Assembly (NCBI GenBank): GCA_041499545.1
Contig: JBGQKK010000003.1
Location: forward strand, 1-32,765
Length of the DNA stretch: 32,765 nt
Reading direction: 5' to 3'
Origin: Gammaproteobacteria bacterium
GTDB taxonomy: Bacteria > Pseudomonadota > Gammaproteobacteria > Burkholderiales > SG8-39
In this document: positions 8,034-17,415 of the stretch, in pieces
Numbering within the stretch: position 1 is the stretch's first letter
How the letters are laid out: every line of letters starts with the position of its first letter
The notes under the pieces: model-generated
What the model saw: the letters and a program-made list of their open reading frames with translations, nothing else
What the model was told of the DNA's origin: nothing
The model's database searches: none
Made by a program: the position numbers and the translations under genes

Positions 8034-10652
8034 CTAGTCGAGTCCGAAGCGACGGACGAGCGCAGCTTTCACCGACTGGGTAAGCAGCAGATAGCAAACC
8101 AGGATCGCCGTGAGGGCGACCCAGTACGCCGGGGGCAGCGGCGTCAGCCCCAGCAAGGGCGCGAACCCGGAGAAGGGCAGCCATAGGGCCGCGGCGCACA
8201 CGGCGATCGTCGTGGCGAGCAAGGGCGCGGAGGGCGGGCTGTCGCGAAACGGAACGCCGGCCGTGCGGATCACGTGCACGATCAGCGTCTGCGACAGCAC
8301 CGACTCGACGAACCAGCCCGATTGGAACAGGCTGTCGCGCGCCTGGAACACGTACAGCAGCGTGAAGAAGGTGGCGTAGTCGAACAGCGAGCTGATCGGC
8401 CCGAAGGCGAGCATGTAGCGGCCGATATTGCCGATGTCCCATCTGCGCGGCTGCGCCAGAGTGCTGCTGTCGACGCTGTCGGTCGCGAGCGCGGTCTGGG
8501 AAAAGTCGTACAGCAGGTTGTTCAGCAGCACCTGCACCGGCGCCATCGGCAGGAAGGGCAGGAAGGCGCTCGCCCCGACGACGGAGAGCATGTTGCCGAA
8601 GCTCGAGCTCGCGCCCATGCGGATGTACTTCATCACGTTCGCAAACACGCGCCTGCCTTCGATCACGCCTTCACCCAGCACGAGCAAGCTCTTCTCCATG
8701 AGAATGATGTCGGCGGACTCTTTGGCGATGTCCGTGGCGCCATTTACCGACACGCCGACGTCGGCGGCCCGTAGCGCGGGCCCGTCGTTGATGCCGTCGC
8801 CGAGATAGCCGACGACACCGCCACCTCCTCGCAGCGCGGCGATGATACGCGCCTTCTGCTCCGGCGCGAGCTTCGCGAACACCGCCGTTCGCGCCGCCAC
8901 TTGGGCCAGCGTTGCGTCGTCCATGTGCTCGAGCTCGCTTCCGAGTACGACCGTGCCGGTCTCGATTCCCACCATGGCGCAGACTTTTCTCGTCACGACT
9001 TCGTTGTCGCCGGTCAGGACTTTCACCTGCACCCCGCGCTCGTGCAGCGCCCGAACGGCGCCGGCCGCGCTCTCCTTGGGCGGATCGAGAAACGCGACGT
9101 AGCCGGCGAGGACCAGCCCTGACTCATCCGCGCCGCTGCACACAGTTTTCGCAACCGGGATGTGCTTGTACGCGACCGCGATCACGCGAAAGCCCTCCTC
9201 GTTCAGGCCGCGGACGACGGGAAGCAGGTCAACGCGGCGCGCGGCGGTGAGAGGAACGACCTTGTCCTTTTCCTCGAAGTGCTCGCACACCGCGATGGTT
9301 TCCTCCGGCGCGCCCTTGCAGATCAGGATGTGGTGCGTCGGATCACGCGCGACCATCACCGACATGCGCCGGCGCCTGAAGTCGAAAGGCACTTCGTCGA
9401 TCTTGCGATAGCTGCGCGGGACATGGACGTGCTCGCGCATCTCGGCGTGCTCGAGGATGGCGACGTCGAGGAGGTTCTTCAGGCCCGATTGGAAATGACT
9501 GTTGAGATAGGCGAGCTCGAGCACGTGCCGGCTTTCGTCACCGAGAATGTCCACGTGCTTCTCGAGGATCACCTTGTTCTGGGTGAGCGTCCCGGTCTTG
9601 TCGGTGCACAGCACGTTCATCGCACCCAGGTTCTGGATCGCGCTCAGGCGCTTGACGATCACCCTCTTGCGCGACATCGCGAGCGCGCCCTTGGCGAGAT
9701 TGATGGTCACCACCATCGGCAGCATCTCGGGCGTGAGGCCGACCGCGACCGCCACGGCGAAGAGGAACGCTTCGATCCAGTTGCCTTTCGAGAGGCCGTT
9801 GACGAGGAACACCAGCGGCACCATCACCAGCATGAAGCGCAGCATCAGCCCGATGAAGCGCTTCACGCCCAGATCGAAGCTCGTCGGCTGGCCCTCGGCC
9901 GCGATCGAAGCCGCGATCGCGCCGAAACGGGTGTGCGCGCCCGTTGCGATCACGAGCGCGGTGGCCGCACCGCTCACCACGTGCGTGCCCAGGAAGGCGA
10001 TGTTGGGCAATTCGAGCTCCGGCACGGCGCCCGGCGGCGCGGCGGCGTGCTTTTCCGCGGGCATCGATTCACCGGTAAGTGCGGACTGGTCGACGAACAA
10101 GTCCTTGGACTCGAGCAGCCGCACGTCGGCCGGAACGAGATCTCCTGCGGCGAGGTGCACGATGTCCCCCGGGACCAGGTGCGCGATGGGAATCTCGTGC
10201 AGGCGGCCTTCGGCGACGACGGGGTTCTTCGCCGTCGTCTTGCCGCGGTCGCGTCGCGATACGGTCGCCGTCGTGTGCACCATCGCGCGCAGGCGCTCGG
10301 CCGCCTTGCCCGAGCGTACTTCCTGAAACCAGGAGAGCAAGGTGGAAAGGACGACTATCACCGCGATGACCAGGGCGCCGCCCGCTTCGCCGCTCAGCTG
10401 CGCGAGGGCGGCGAGCACGAGGAGAAGAAGCGAAAGGGGGCTCAGGAAGAGCTTGAGAAGGCGCGTCAGCGGCGCGAGAGGCCGCTCGTGCGCGACCGCA
10501 TTGGGGCCGAAGCGCGCGATACGCGCGGCGGCTTCGTGCCGCGTCAGTCCCGCCGGCGAGGCACCCAGGCGGGAGAACAGGGACTCGGGATCGAGCTGCG
10601 CCGCTTCCTCGACGCCCGGCTGGGCGTGATCGAGTCTATTTTCGGTCTTCAA
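8034..10652 (-). CDS. mgtA: Magnesium-translocating P-type ATPase
   Basis: LTGES, GLTPEMLP, DKTGTLT, GDGIND, ASSSFGNMLS..FLPFLPM..NNLLYDFSQ. Proposed TTG start at 10652 overlaps the upstream stop and gives 872 aa. The 1108-aa ORF is over-extended. Confidence 0.9.
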   Translation of the reverse strand: MKTENRLDHAQPGVEEAAQLDPESLFSRLGASPAGLTRHEAAARIARFGPNAVAHERPLAPLTRLLKLFLSPLSLLLLVLAALAQLSGEAGGALVIAVIVVLSTLLSWFQEVRSGKAAERLRAMVHTTATVSRRDRGKTTAKNPVVAEGRLHEIPIAHLVPGDIVHLAAGDLVPADVRLLESKDLFVDQSALTGESMPAEKHAAAPPGAVPELELPNIAFLGTHVVSGAATALVIATGAHTRFGAIAASIAAEGQPTSFDLGVKRFIGLMLRFMLVMVPLVFLVNGLSKGNWIEAFLFAVAVAVGLTPEMLPMVVTINLAKGALAMSRKRVIVKRLSAIQNLGAMNVLCTDKTGTLTQNKVILEKHVDILGDESRHVLELAYLNSHFQSGLKNLLDVAILEHAEMREHVHVPRSYRKIDEVPFDFRRRRMSVMVARDPTHHILICKGAPEETIAVCEHFEEKDKVVPLTAARRVDLLPVVRGLNEEGFRVIAVAYKHIPVAKTVCSGADESGLVLAGYVAFLDPPKESAAGAVRALHERGVQVKVLTGDNEVVTRKVCAMVGIETGTVVLGSELEHMDDATLAQVAARTAVFAKLAPEQKARIIAALRGGGGVVGYLGDGINDGPALRAADVGVSVNGATDIAKESADIILMEKSLLVLGEGVIEGRRVFANVMKYIRMGASSSFGNMLSVVGASAFLPFLPMAPVQVLLNNLLYDFSQTALATDSVDSSTLAQPRRWDIGNIGRYMLAFGPISSLFDYATFFTLLYVFQARDSLFQSGWFVESVLSQTLIVHVIRTAGVPFRDSPPSAPLLATTIAVCAAALWLPFSGFAPLLGLTPLPPAYWVALTAILVCYLLLTQSVKAALVRRFGLD

Positions 10653-11152
10653 CGCGTCCAGGTCGCGCGCAGGAGATTCTCTTCCTTGTTGTATTGCAGC
10701 GCGAGGCTGCCCTTGCAGGCGTCGTGGATGTTCTCGGCAATGCGCCGCGCCAGGTGCGCGTCGGTGGTGGTGACCATCACGCCGCCTTCGATATCCTTGA
10801 TCGCGATGATCCTCTGCATGGGATGCTCGGCCTTCTCTTTCGCCTCGCAGTTCTTGGCGAGGTTGAGGATCTCGTCGCGGTGGGCCGCGAGATACTCTCC
10901 GATCAGGCTTACGTATCCCGCGGGATAGCCGTCGCGGATGCGCTGGCATGCGGGGCACAGTTGCTCGTGCGCGGCCTCGCCCGGCTCGCCGCTCCAGGTC
11001 CAGCGGCCCTTGCGGAACATGACGCCGCACTCGGGGCAGCGCGTCGGATCGGGCAGCTTGCCCTTGGCCTTGTAGCTGTCGTGCCTCGGGTCGTCCTGCA
11101 GCTGCTCGCGACGCTGCGAGCGGGATCCGCCTCCGCTTCGTCCGCTTTTCAT
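10649..11152 (-). CDS. BCAM0308-family protein with two CxxC pairs (putative Zn ribbon)
   Basis: CPECG...W.W...CPACQRIRDGYPAG...EHPMQRI...TTDAHLARRI...LRATW. ATG overlaps the upstream stop. Confidence 0.75.
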   Translation of the reverse strand: MKSGRSGGGSRSQRREQLQDDPRHDSYKAKGKLPDPTRCPECGVMFRKGRWTWSGEPGEAAHEQLCPACQRIRDGYPAGYVSLIGEYLAAHRDEILNLAKNCEAKEKAEHPMQRIIAIKDIEGGVMVTTTDAHLARRIAENIHDACKGSLALQYNKEENLLRATWTR

Positions 11153-11514
11153 GATGCCTCCGTCCGCGCCGTGCGCACCCGCCGCGTCGCCGGCCGCTTC
11201 GCCTTGCCGCGGGTGACGCGCGTGCTGTCCTCGAGCTGGCGCCTGAGCGAGAGGAAGGTGTCGCGCAGGGCGAGGTAGGGATCCTTGTCATGCCGGTGGT
11301 TCGACACGATTTCCCTGCCTGGAATGCGCAGGTCGACGCGGACGTGAAAAAGGCGACCACTAGAGCGGTGCCTACGCAATTCCTCGATGCTGACGCGGCA
11401 GCTCACGATGCGCGTGTGAAATTTCTCCAGCTTCTCGGCTATTTTCCGCACTCGCGCCTCTAGCGCCGCCGAGCGCGGCAGGTTGAGGACGGTAATCTGA
11501 AGGGGGACTCGCAT
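11149..11514 (-). CDS. HPF/RaiA (S30AE) family ribosome-associated protein
   Basis: MRVPLQIT...SAALEARVR..EKLEKF..RIVSCRV...FHVRVDL.IPG.EIV...DPYLALRDTF..LRRQL. No cold-shock domain is appended. Confidence 0.85.
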   Translation of the reverse strand: MRVPLQITVLNLPRSAALEARVRKIAEKLEKFHTRIVSCRVSIEELRRHRSSGRLFHVRVDLRIPGREIVSNHRHDKDPYLALRDTFLSLRRQLEDSTRVTRGKAKRPATRRVRTARTEAS

Positions 11515-11524
11515 AGTCGCCAGT

Positions 11525-11980
11525 CTAACCGCGACGGCTGGAACGGACCAGCAGCACCGGCACCGGCGAGTTGCGCACCACCAGATCGGCGTCGCTGCCG
11601 AGCAGCATGCGGTTGACCCCGCGCCGCCCGTGCGTGCCCATCACGATCAGGTCGGCCCGCCAGCGCTTCGCCCGTGCGACGAGGACATCCGCGACCCGGC
11701 TGGTGACGTTTTCCCACAGCTCGGTTTCCGGCCGGATTCCCCGCGCCGCCGCGAGCTTTGCGGCCCGGTCGAGCACGCGCTTTCCGCCACGCTTCATCGA
11801 CTCGATGACCGGCTCGATGTCGAAGCCGGCCTCGCTCGAGCTGAAGATCATCATCTCATCGACGATGTGCAGGAGCTTGAGCTTCGCTCCCTGATTCTTG
11901 GCGAGCCGCAAGGCTTCGTTCAGCCCGGCGATTGAGGTCGGGCTTCCGTCCACCGGGACCAGGATTCGTTTGTAGACCAT
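11525..11980 (-). CDS. Universal stress protein (ATP-binding type)
   Basis: YKRILVPVDGS...ADLIVMGTHGRRGVNRMLLGSDA..VVRNSPVPVLLVR. Confidence 0.95.
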   Translation of the reverse strand: MVYKRILVPVDGSPTSIAGLNEALRLAKNQGAKLKLLHIVDEMMIFSSSEAGFDIEPVIESMKRGGKRVLDRAAKLAAARGIRPETELWENVTSRVADVLVARAKRWRADLIVMGTHGRRGVNRMLLGSDADLVVRNSPVPVLLVRSSRRG

Positions 11981-12046
11981 GATTTGCTCCCGCTTGCTTG
12001 TAGACCGTCATTGTATTCAAGCTAACCGCGACCCTGGGGGAGGCTG

Positions 12047-12060
12047 TTGATCTGCGTCAA
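12047..12060. promoter_or_regulatory. FNR box in the divergent promoter region
   Basis: TTGAT-CTGC-GTCAA (9/10). Plus-strand TACGAT at 12083-12088 gives -41.5 geometry. Minus-strand TACAAT at 12015-12010 lies ahead of the usp gene. Confidence 0.85.
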
Positions 12061-12126
12061 GCCAATGCCGCGCGTCATTCCGTACGATCTGGGTGAGGGC
12101 ATCGTCCTCCAGCAAGGAAATCCCCA

Positions 12127-14649
12127 GTGGGGGATCAAGACAGCGCACTGAAGGGCCCCCTGGCGGGATTGTCGGCCGCCGAGGTCGCGAAGCGCCTCCG
12201 GGAGGAAGGGCCGAACAGCCTTCCCGCGGCGAAGCGTCCCGGCGTCGCTCGCCTCGTGCTCGAGGTCTTGCGCGAGCCGATGCTGCTGCTCCTGTGCGCC
12301 GCGTCGGCGGTCTACCTCCTGATCGGCGACCTCGTCGAAGCGCTCATCCTGGCGGCCTCTATGCTCGTCGTGATCGGGATCAGCGTCGGCCAGAGAGCCA
12401 AGACCGAACGCGCGCTCGAGGCCTTGCGCGACCTGTCGAGCCCGCGCGCGCGTGTCGTGCGTGACGGCGTGCAGCAACGCGTCGCCGGCGCCGAGGTGGT
12501 GCGCGGCGATGTGCTGATTCTCTCCGAAGGAGACAGGGTCGCCGCGGACGCGCGCCTGCACGCGGCCAACGACCTGACGGTAGACGAGTCCTTACTCACC
12601 GGAGAATCCCTGCCCGTCGCGAAGAGCCTTTCCGCGGGGCCCGAGGCGGCGGGCAAGGTGTTCTCCGGGACGCTCGTCGTCCGGGGGCACGGCTACGCCG
12701 AGGTCGTCGCCACCGGGGCGCGCAGCGAGCTCGGGCGGATCGGCCGGATGCTCGGCGAGATCGAGTCCGAAAAAACCTCGCTCGAGATCGAGACCGGCAG
12801 GATCGTGAGGGTGGTCGCCGTATTCGCAATCGGCTTGAGCGCGCTCATCGCCCTACTTCATGTTGCATTCGGCGACAGCTGGGTGGAGAGCATTCTTTCG
12901 GGGCTCACCCTCGCCATGGCGATACTGCCCGAGGAGTTTCCCGTCGTGCTGACCGTGTTCCTCGCACTCGGCGCCTGGCGCATCGCGCGCCGCGACGTGC
13001 TGACCCGGCGCATGCCCGCGATCGAGATGCTCGGGGCCGCGACGGTGCTGTGCGTGGACAAGACCGGAACGCTGACGGAGAACCGCATGGCGGTGAAGGA
13101 GCTGTTCGCCGACGGGAGCTGGGCCGGCGTCGGTCCCGGCGGGCGGCTTTCCGCGAACCAGCGAGGCGTCCTCGCCCACGCGGCGCTCGCGAGCGAGCTC
13201 GCGCCCTTCGATCCCATGGAGAACGCCATTCTCGCCGCGGCGGCTTCCCACGCGCCCGAAGCCGTGGAATGGCGCAAAGCCTGGCGGCTCGATCACGACT
13301 ACTCGCTGAGCGAAGCCTTCCTCGCCGTGTGCCATGCGTGGCGCGACGCCGGGGGCCGCGCCGTCGTTGCGATCAAGGGCGCGCCCGAGACCGTAGTCGC
13401 CGCATGCCGGCTGGAGCCGGACGAGGCGCAAGCGCTGCTCTCCCAGGCGCGCGTCGGGGCGGAACGCGGGATGCGGATCCTGGGCGTCGCCGCCGCGCAA
13501 TGGTCTTCGGAGGACTGGCCCGCGGACCCGCGGGAATTTCCCTACCGCTGGCTCGGCTTCGTGGCGCTCGCCGACCCGCTGCGGCCCGCGGTGCCCGCCG
13601 CCGTCGCAGAGTGCCGGCGCGCGGGCATACGCGTGGTCATGATCACCGGAGACCACCGGGGCACCGCGCTCGCCGTCGCGCGCGAAGCGGGCATCCGCAC
13701 CGAGGGCGGAGCGCTCACCGGCACGGACCTGGATTCGCTCCCCGAGGTCGAGCTGGCGCGGGCGGTGCGCGGCGTCGACGTGTTTGCCCGCGTGCTGCCC
13801 GAGCAGAAGCTGCGGCTGGTCGTGGCGCTGAAGGCGGCGGGAGAGGTCGTCGCCATGACGGGCGACGGCGTGAACGACGCGCCGGCCCTGAGGGCCGCGC
13901 ACATCGGGGTGGCGATGGGCGGCCGCGGCACCGACGTCGCGCGCGAAGCCGCGTCGCTCGTGCTCCTGCGCGACGATTTCGGCTCGATCGTCGATACCGT
14001 GCGGCTGGGCAGGCGCATCTACGACAACCTGCGCAACGCCATGGGCTACCTGCTCGCCGTTCACGTGCCGATCGCCGGCATTTCGTTCCTGCCCCTGGTG
14101 CTGGGCGGGCCGATCGTGCTCTTTCCCGTTCATGTCGTCTTTCTCGAGTTCGTGATCGATCCCGCCTGCTCGGTGGTCTTCGAAGCGGAGAGCGGGGAGC
14201 GCGAGGCGATGGAGCGTCCCCCGCGCGACCCGCGCGAGCCCCTGTTCGACGGCGCGATGCTCGCGGTGAGCCTCGGCCTCGGAGCGACGGTCCTGCTCGC
14301 GGTGATGTTAGTTTACGGGTGGGCTATGCTTGCCGGTCGGAGCGAGGGTGAGATGAGGGCGCTGAGCTTTGCGGTGATCGTGATCGGAAACCTGGCGCTG
14401 ATCTTCGCCCATCGCTCGCGATCGCAGACCATCCTCGCCACGCTCGCGCGACCCAACCCGATGCTGTGGTGGATGACGCTCGCGGCGCTCGCCGCTCTCG
14501 GCCTCGCGATCTACCTGCCGCCGGTGGCGGCCGTGTTCCGCTTTGCGCCCCTCGGGACGACGGAGATCGGACTGGCCCTCGCCGCCGGCCTCGCCGGTGT
14601 GCTGTGGAGCGAAGTCTGGAAGCGCCACGCCGGGCGCCGCGGATCATGA
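12127..14649 (+). CDS. Cation-translocating P-type ATPase (P2/Ca2+-like, PEEFP)
   Basis: VDESLLTGES, ILPEEFP, DKTGTLTEN, KGAPE, MITGD, TGDGVNDAPAL. GTG start with AAGGA RBS. Confidence 0.92.
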   Translation: MGDQDSALKGPLAGLSAAEVAKRLREEGPNSLPAAKRPGVARLVLEVLREPMLLLLCAASAVYLLIGDLVEALILAASMLVVIGISVGQRAKTERALEALRDLSSPRARVVRDGVQQRVAGAEVVRGDVLILSEGDRVAADARLHAANDLTVDESLLTGESLPVAKSLSAGPEAAGKVFSGTLVVRGHGYAEVVATGARSELGRIGRMLGEIESEKTSLEIETGRIVRVVAVFAIGLSALIALLHVAFGDSWVESILSGLTLAMAILPEEFPVVLTVFLALGAWRIARRDVLTRRMPAIEMLGAATVLCVDKTGTLTENRMAVKELFADGSWAGVGPGGRLSANQRGVLAHAALASELAPFDPMENAILAAAASHAPEAVEWRKAWRLDHDYSLSEAFLAVCHAWRDAGGRAVVAIKGAPETVVAACRLEPDEAQALLSQARVGAERGMRILGVAAAQWSSEDWPADPREFPYRWLGFVALADPLRPAVPAAVAECRRAGIRVVMITGDHRGTALAVAREAGIRTEGGALTGTDLDSLPEVELARAVRGVDVFARVLPEQKLRLVVALKAAGEVVAMTGDGVNDAPALRAAHIGVAMGGRGTDVAREAASLVLLRDDFGSIVDTVRLGRRIYDNLRNAMGYLLAVHVPIAGISFLPLVLGGPIVLFPVHVVFLEFVIDPACSVVFEAESGEREAMERPPRDPREPLFDGAMLAVSLGLGATVLLAVMLVYGWAMLAGRSEGEMRALSFAVIVIGNLALIFAHRSRSQTILATLARPNPMLWWMTLAALAALGLAIYLPPVAAVFRFAPLGTTEIGLALAAGLAGVLWSEVWKRHAGRRGS

Positions 14650-17372
14650 GCCGGGTGAGCTCGATGAGGGAGATTTCGGGCAAGCACTATCTGACGCCGC
14701 TGTTCGAGCCGGGCTCGGTCGCCGTCGTCGGCGCAAGCGAGGCGCCCGGCAAGGTGGGCAGCGTGCTCCTTTCCAACTTGCTCGCCGCCGGTTACCGGGG
14801 GGCGCTGTTCGCGGTCAATCCGAAGTACTCGACGGTAAGAGGGGTGCCTTGCTACGCGTCGGTCGGCAAGGTTCCCGCGCATATCGATCTCGCCGTCGTG
14901 GCGACGCCCGCGGGTACCGTGCCGGGAGTGATCGACGAGTGCGGCAGGGCGGGCGTGCGCTCCGCGGTCGTCATCACGGCCGGTTTCTCCGAGGCCGGGT
15001 CCGAAGGCGCGAAGCTCGAGCAGGCGCTGCTCGACAGCGCGCACCGCTGGGGAGTGCGTCTCATCGGTCCGAATTGCCTGGGCATCGCGCGCCCCGAGCT
15101 GGGGCTCAACGCCACCTTCGCACGCGGCGCGGCGCTGCCCGGGTCGCTCGGCCTGGTGTCGCAGTCCGGCGCCGTGTGCGCGGCCATGCTCGACTGGGCC
15201 GCGCCGAATAAGATCGGCTTTTCCTGCATCGTGTCGCTCGGGGGCTCGAGCGACATCGATTTCGGCGAGATCATCGACTATCTCGCGAACGACTCCAAGA
15301 CCGAGCACATCCTGCTCTACATCGAGGGAATCCGCGACGCGCGCCGCTTCCTCTCATCCTTGCGCGCGGCGGCGCGCACGAAGCCGGTCATCGTCATGAA
15401 AGTCGGGCGCCATCCCGCGGGGTCGCGGGCCGCGGTGTCGCACACCGGCGCGATCGTGGGCACGGACGACGTGTTCGACGCGGCGATGGAGCGTGCCGGG
15501 GTGGTGCGCGTCTTGAGTGTCGGCCAGCTGGTGGCCGCCGCGCAGGCGCTCGCTTCGCACGTGCGCCCGAAGGGCGACCGGCTCGCCGTGATCACCAACG
15601 GCGGCGGGCCCGGCGTGATGGCCGCGGACCGGCTTGCCGACCTCGGACTTTCGCTCGCCGAGCTTGCCCCCGACACGGTGCAAGCCCTGCACCAGGCGCT
15701 TCCGTCCAACTGGTCCCACGGGAATCCGATCGACCTGATCGGCGATGCCGACAGTGCGCGCTACAAGGCTGCGGTTTCCGCCTGCCTCGCCGATCAGGGC
15801 GTCGACGGGATCCTGGTGATTCTCACGCCGCAGGCGATCACCGAGGCCGATGCGACGGCCCGCGCGGTGGCCGATGCGGCGCGCGGCGCCTCCAAACCGC
15901 TCATCGCCTGCTGGATGGGCGAGGCGAGCGTGGCCGCCGCGCGCAAGCTCCTGCACGATGGCTCGATCCCGGTGTTCCGAACGCCCGACCCCGCGGTCGA
16001 GATGTTCGCGCACCTCGCCGCCTACTACCGCAATCAGCGCACCCTGCTCCAGGCGCCGGGACCGCTCGCGCACCAGGCCGCGCCGGACGTCGGGGGAGCG
16101 CGGCTCGTCATCGACAGCGCTCTCGCCGAGCGTCGCAAGCTGCTCTCCGAAACGGAATCCAAGGCACTGCTCGCAGCGTTTCACATCCCGATCGCGCAGA
16201 CCGTCCTCGCGCGCTCGGCGAACGACGCCATGCTGATGGCGCAGGAAATGGGCTTTCCGGTCGCCATGAAGATCGATTCGCCCGATATCCCGCACAAGAG
16301 CGACGTCGGCGGCGTCCAGCTCAACCTCATGGACGCGGAAGGCGTGCGCTCCGGCTACCGGCGCATGATCGAGGAGGTCGGCGGCAAGCGGCCGGACGCG
16401 CGCCTGAACGGCGTCACGGTCGAGCCGATGATCACGCGGCCTCACGGGCGCGAGCTCATCGTCGGCGTCATCCGGGACTCGGTCTTCGGGCCCGCGATCA
16501 CCGTCGGCATGGGCGGCAGGGCGGTGGAAGTCCTTCGCGACCGCGCTGTGGCACTGCCGCCGCTCAATCCGTTTCTCGTCAGGGCCATGATCGGGCGCAC
16601 GCGGGTTTCCCGGCTGCTCGGAACGTTCCGCAGGATGCCGGCGGCCGACATGCAGGCGCTCGAATCGGTGCTGCTCAGGATCTCGGAGATGGTGTGCGAG
16701 CTGCCGCAGATCGAGGAGTTCGAGATCAACCCGCTCATCGCGGACGAGAGCGGTGAGATTGCGGTGGATGCGCGCGCCGTGGTGAGGGAGGTGCCGCCGA
16801 CGCGCAACCGCTACGCGCACATGGCGATTCATCCCTACCCCACCGATCTCGTGGCGAAGTGGGAGCTTTCCGACGGCACGACCGTCGAGACCCGGCCGAT
16901 ACGCCCGGAAGACGCCGAAATGGAGCAGCAGTTCGTGCGGAGCCTCTCGGAGCGCAGCCGCTACTTTCGTTTCATGAACTCGGTGCGCGAGCTGACGCCA
17001 GCGATGCTGATGCGCTTCACCCAGATCGATTACGATCGCGAAATGGCGTTCGTGTCGGTGCGCGGCGAGGCGGGCCGGGAGGAGGAAATCGCGGTGGCGC
17101 GCTACGTGACCAACCCCGACGGAAGGACCTGCGAGTTCGCCGTCGCCGTCGCCGACGCGTGGCAGGGCAAGGGGCTCGGCCGGCGCATGCTCGAGAACCT
17201 CGTCGCCGTGGCGCGCTCGCGAGGGCTCGAGGTGATGATCGGCCACGTTCTTGCGGCCAACGAGCCGATGCTCGCCATGTGCGCGAAGCTGGGCTTCCGG
17301 ATATCCGACCATCCGGAGGATGCGACGCTGAGGCGCGCCACGCTGGATCTCGCCACGTCCCGGCGGGGTTGA
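14646..17372 (+). CDS. pat: Acyl-CoA synthetase (ADP-forming)-like/GNAT fusion, Pat/Pka-type protein lysine acetyltransferase
   Basis: ATG at 14646 overlaps the ATPase stop. CoA-binding domain (VAVVGAS, GPNCLG), SQSGA, SHTGA, TNGGGPG, ATP-grasp HKSDVGGV, and C-terminal GNAT (RPIRPED, EFAVAVADAWQGKGLG). Confidence 0.9.
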   Translation: MSRVSSMREISGKHYLTPLFEPGSVAVVGASEAPGKVGSVLLSNLLAAGYRGALFAVNPKYSTVRGVPCYASVGKVPAHIDLAVVATPAGTVPGVIDECGRAGVRSAVVITAGFSEAGSEGAKLEQALLDSAHRWGVRLIGPNCLGIARPELGLNATFARGAALPGSLGLVSQSGAVCAAMLDWAAPNKIGFSCIVSLGGSSDIDFGEIIDYLANDSKTEHILLYIEGIRDARRFLSSLRAAARTKPVIVMKVGRHPAGSRAAVSHTGAIVGTDDVFDAAMERAGVVRVLSVGQLVAAAQALASHVRPKGDRLAVITNGGGPGVMAADRLADLGLSLAELAPDTVQALHQALPSNWSHGNPIDLIGDADSARYKAAVSACLADQGVDGILVILTPQAITEADATARAVADAARGASKPLIACWMGEASVAAARKLLHDGSIPVFRTPDPAVEMFAHLAAYYRNQRTLLQAPGPLAHQAAPDVGGARLVIDSALAERRKLLSETESKALLAAFHIPIAQTVLARSANDAMLMAQEMGFPVAMKIDSPDIPHKSDVGGVQLNLMDAEGVRSGYRRMIEEVGGKRPDARLNGVTVEPMITRPHGRELIVGVIRDSVFGPAITVGMGGRAVEVLRDRAVALPPLNPFLVRAMIGRTRVSRLLGTFRRMPAADMQALESVLLRISEMVCELPQIEEFEINPLIADESGEIAVDARAVVREVPPTRNRYAHMAIHPYPTDLVAKWELSDGTTVETRPIRPEDAEMEQQFVRSLSERSRYFRFMNSVRELTPAMLMRFTQIDYDREMAFVSVRGEAGREEEIAVARYVTNPDGRTCEFAVAVADAWQGKGLGRRMLENLVAVARSRGLEVMIGHVLAANEPMLAMCAKLGFRISDHPEDATLRRATLDLATSRRG

Positions 17373-17382
17373 TCCAGGTCAA
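17369..17382 (+). promoter_or_regulatory. FNR box overlapping the pat stop codon
   Basis: TTGAT-CCAG-GTCAA (9/10), centred about 41 bp upstream of the next gene's GTG. Confidence 0.78.
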
Positions 17383-17415
17383 GCCGGGAAACGCCGGGTC
17401 GCTCACCATGGGCGT

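Noticed and set aside
10653-11360. N-terminal extension making MgtA 1108 aa
   Set aside because: Overlaps two recognisable genes (BCAM0308-like, HPF) in other frames. It is a GC-rich open frame by chance.
15354-17312. 652-aa antisense ORF (likewise 9162..10928, 25893..28040, 28278..30521, 5191..6513, 31971..32678)
   Set aside because: Antisense shadows of well-supported genes, expected with high GC3, and lacking motifs.
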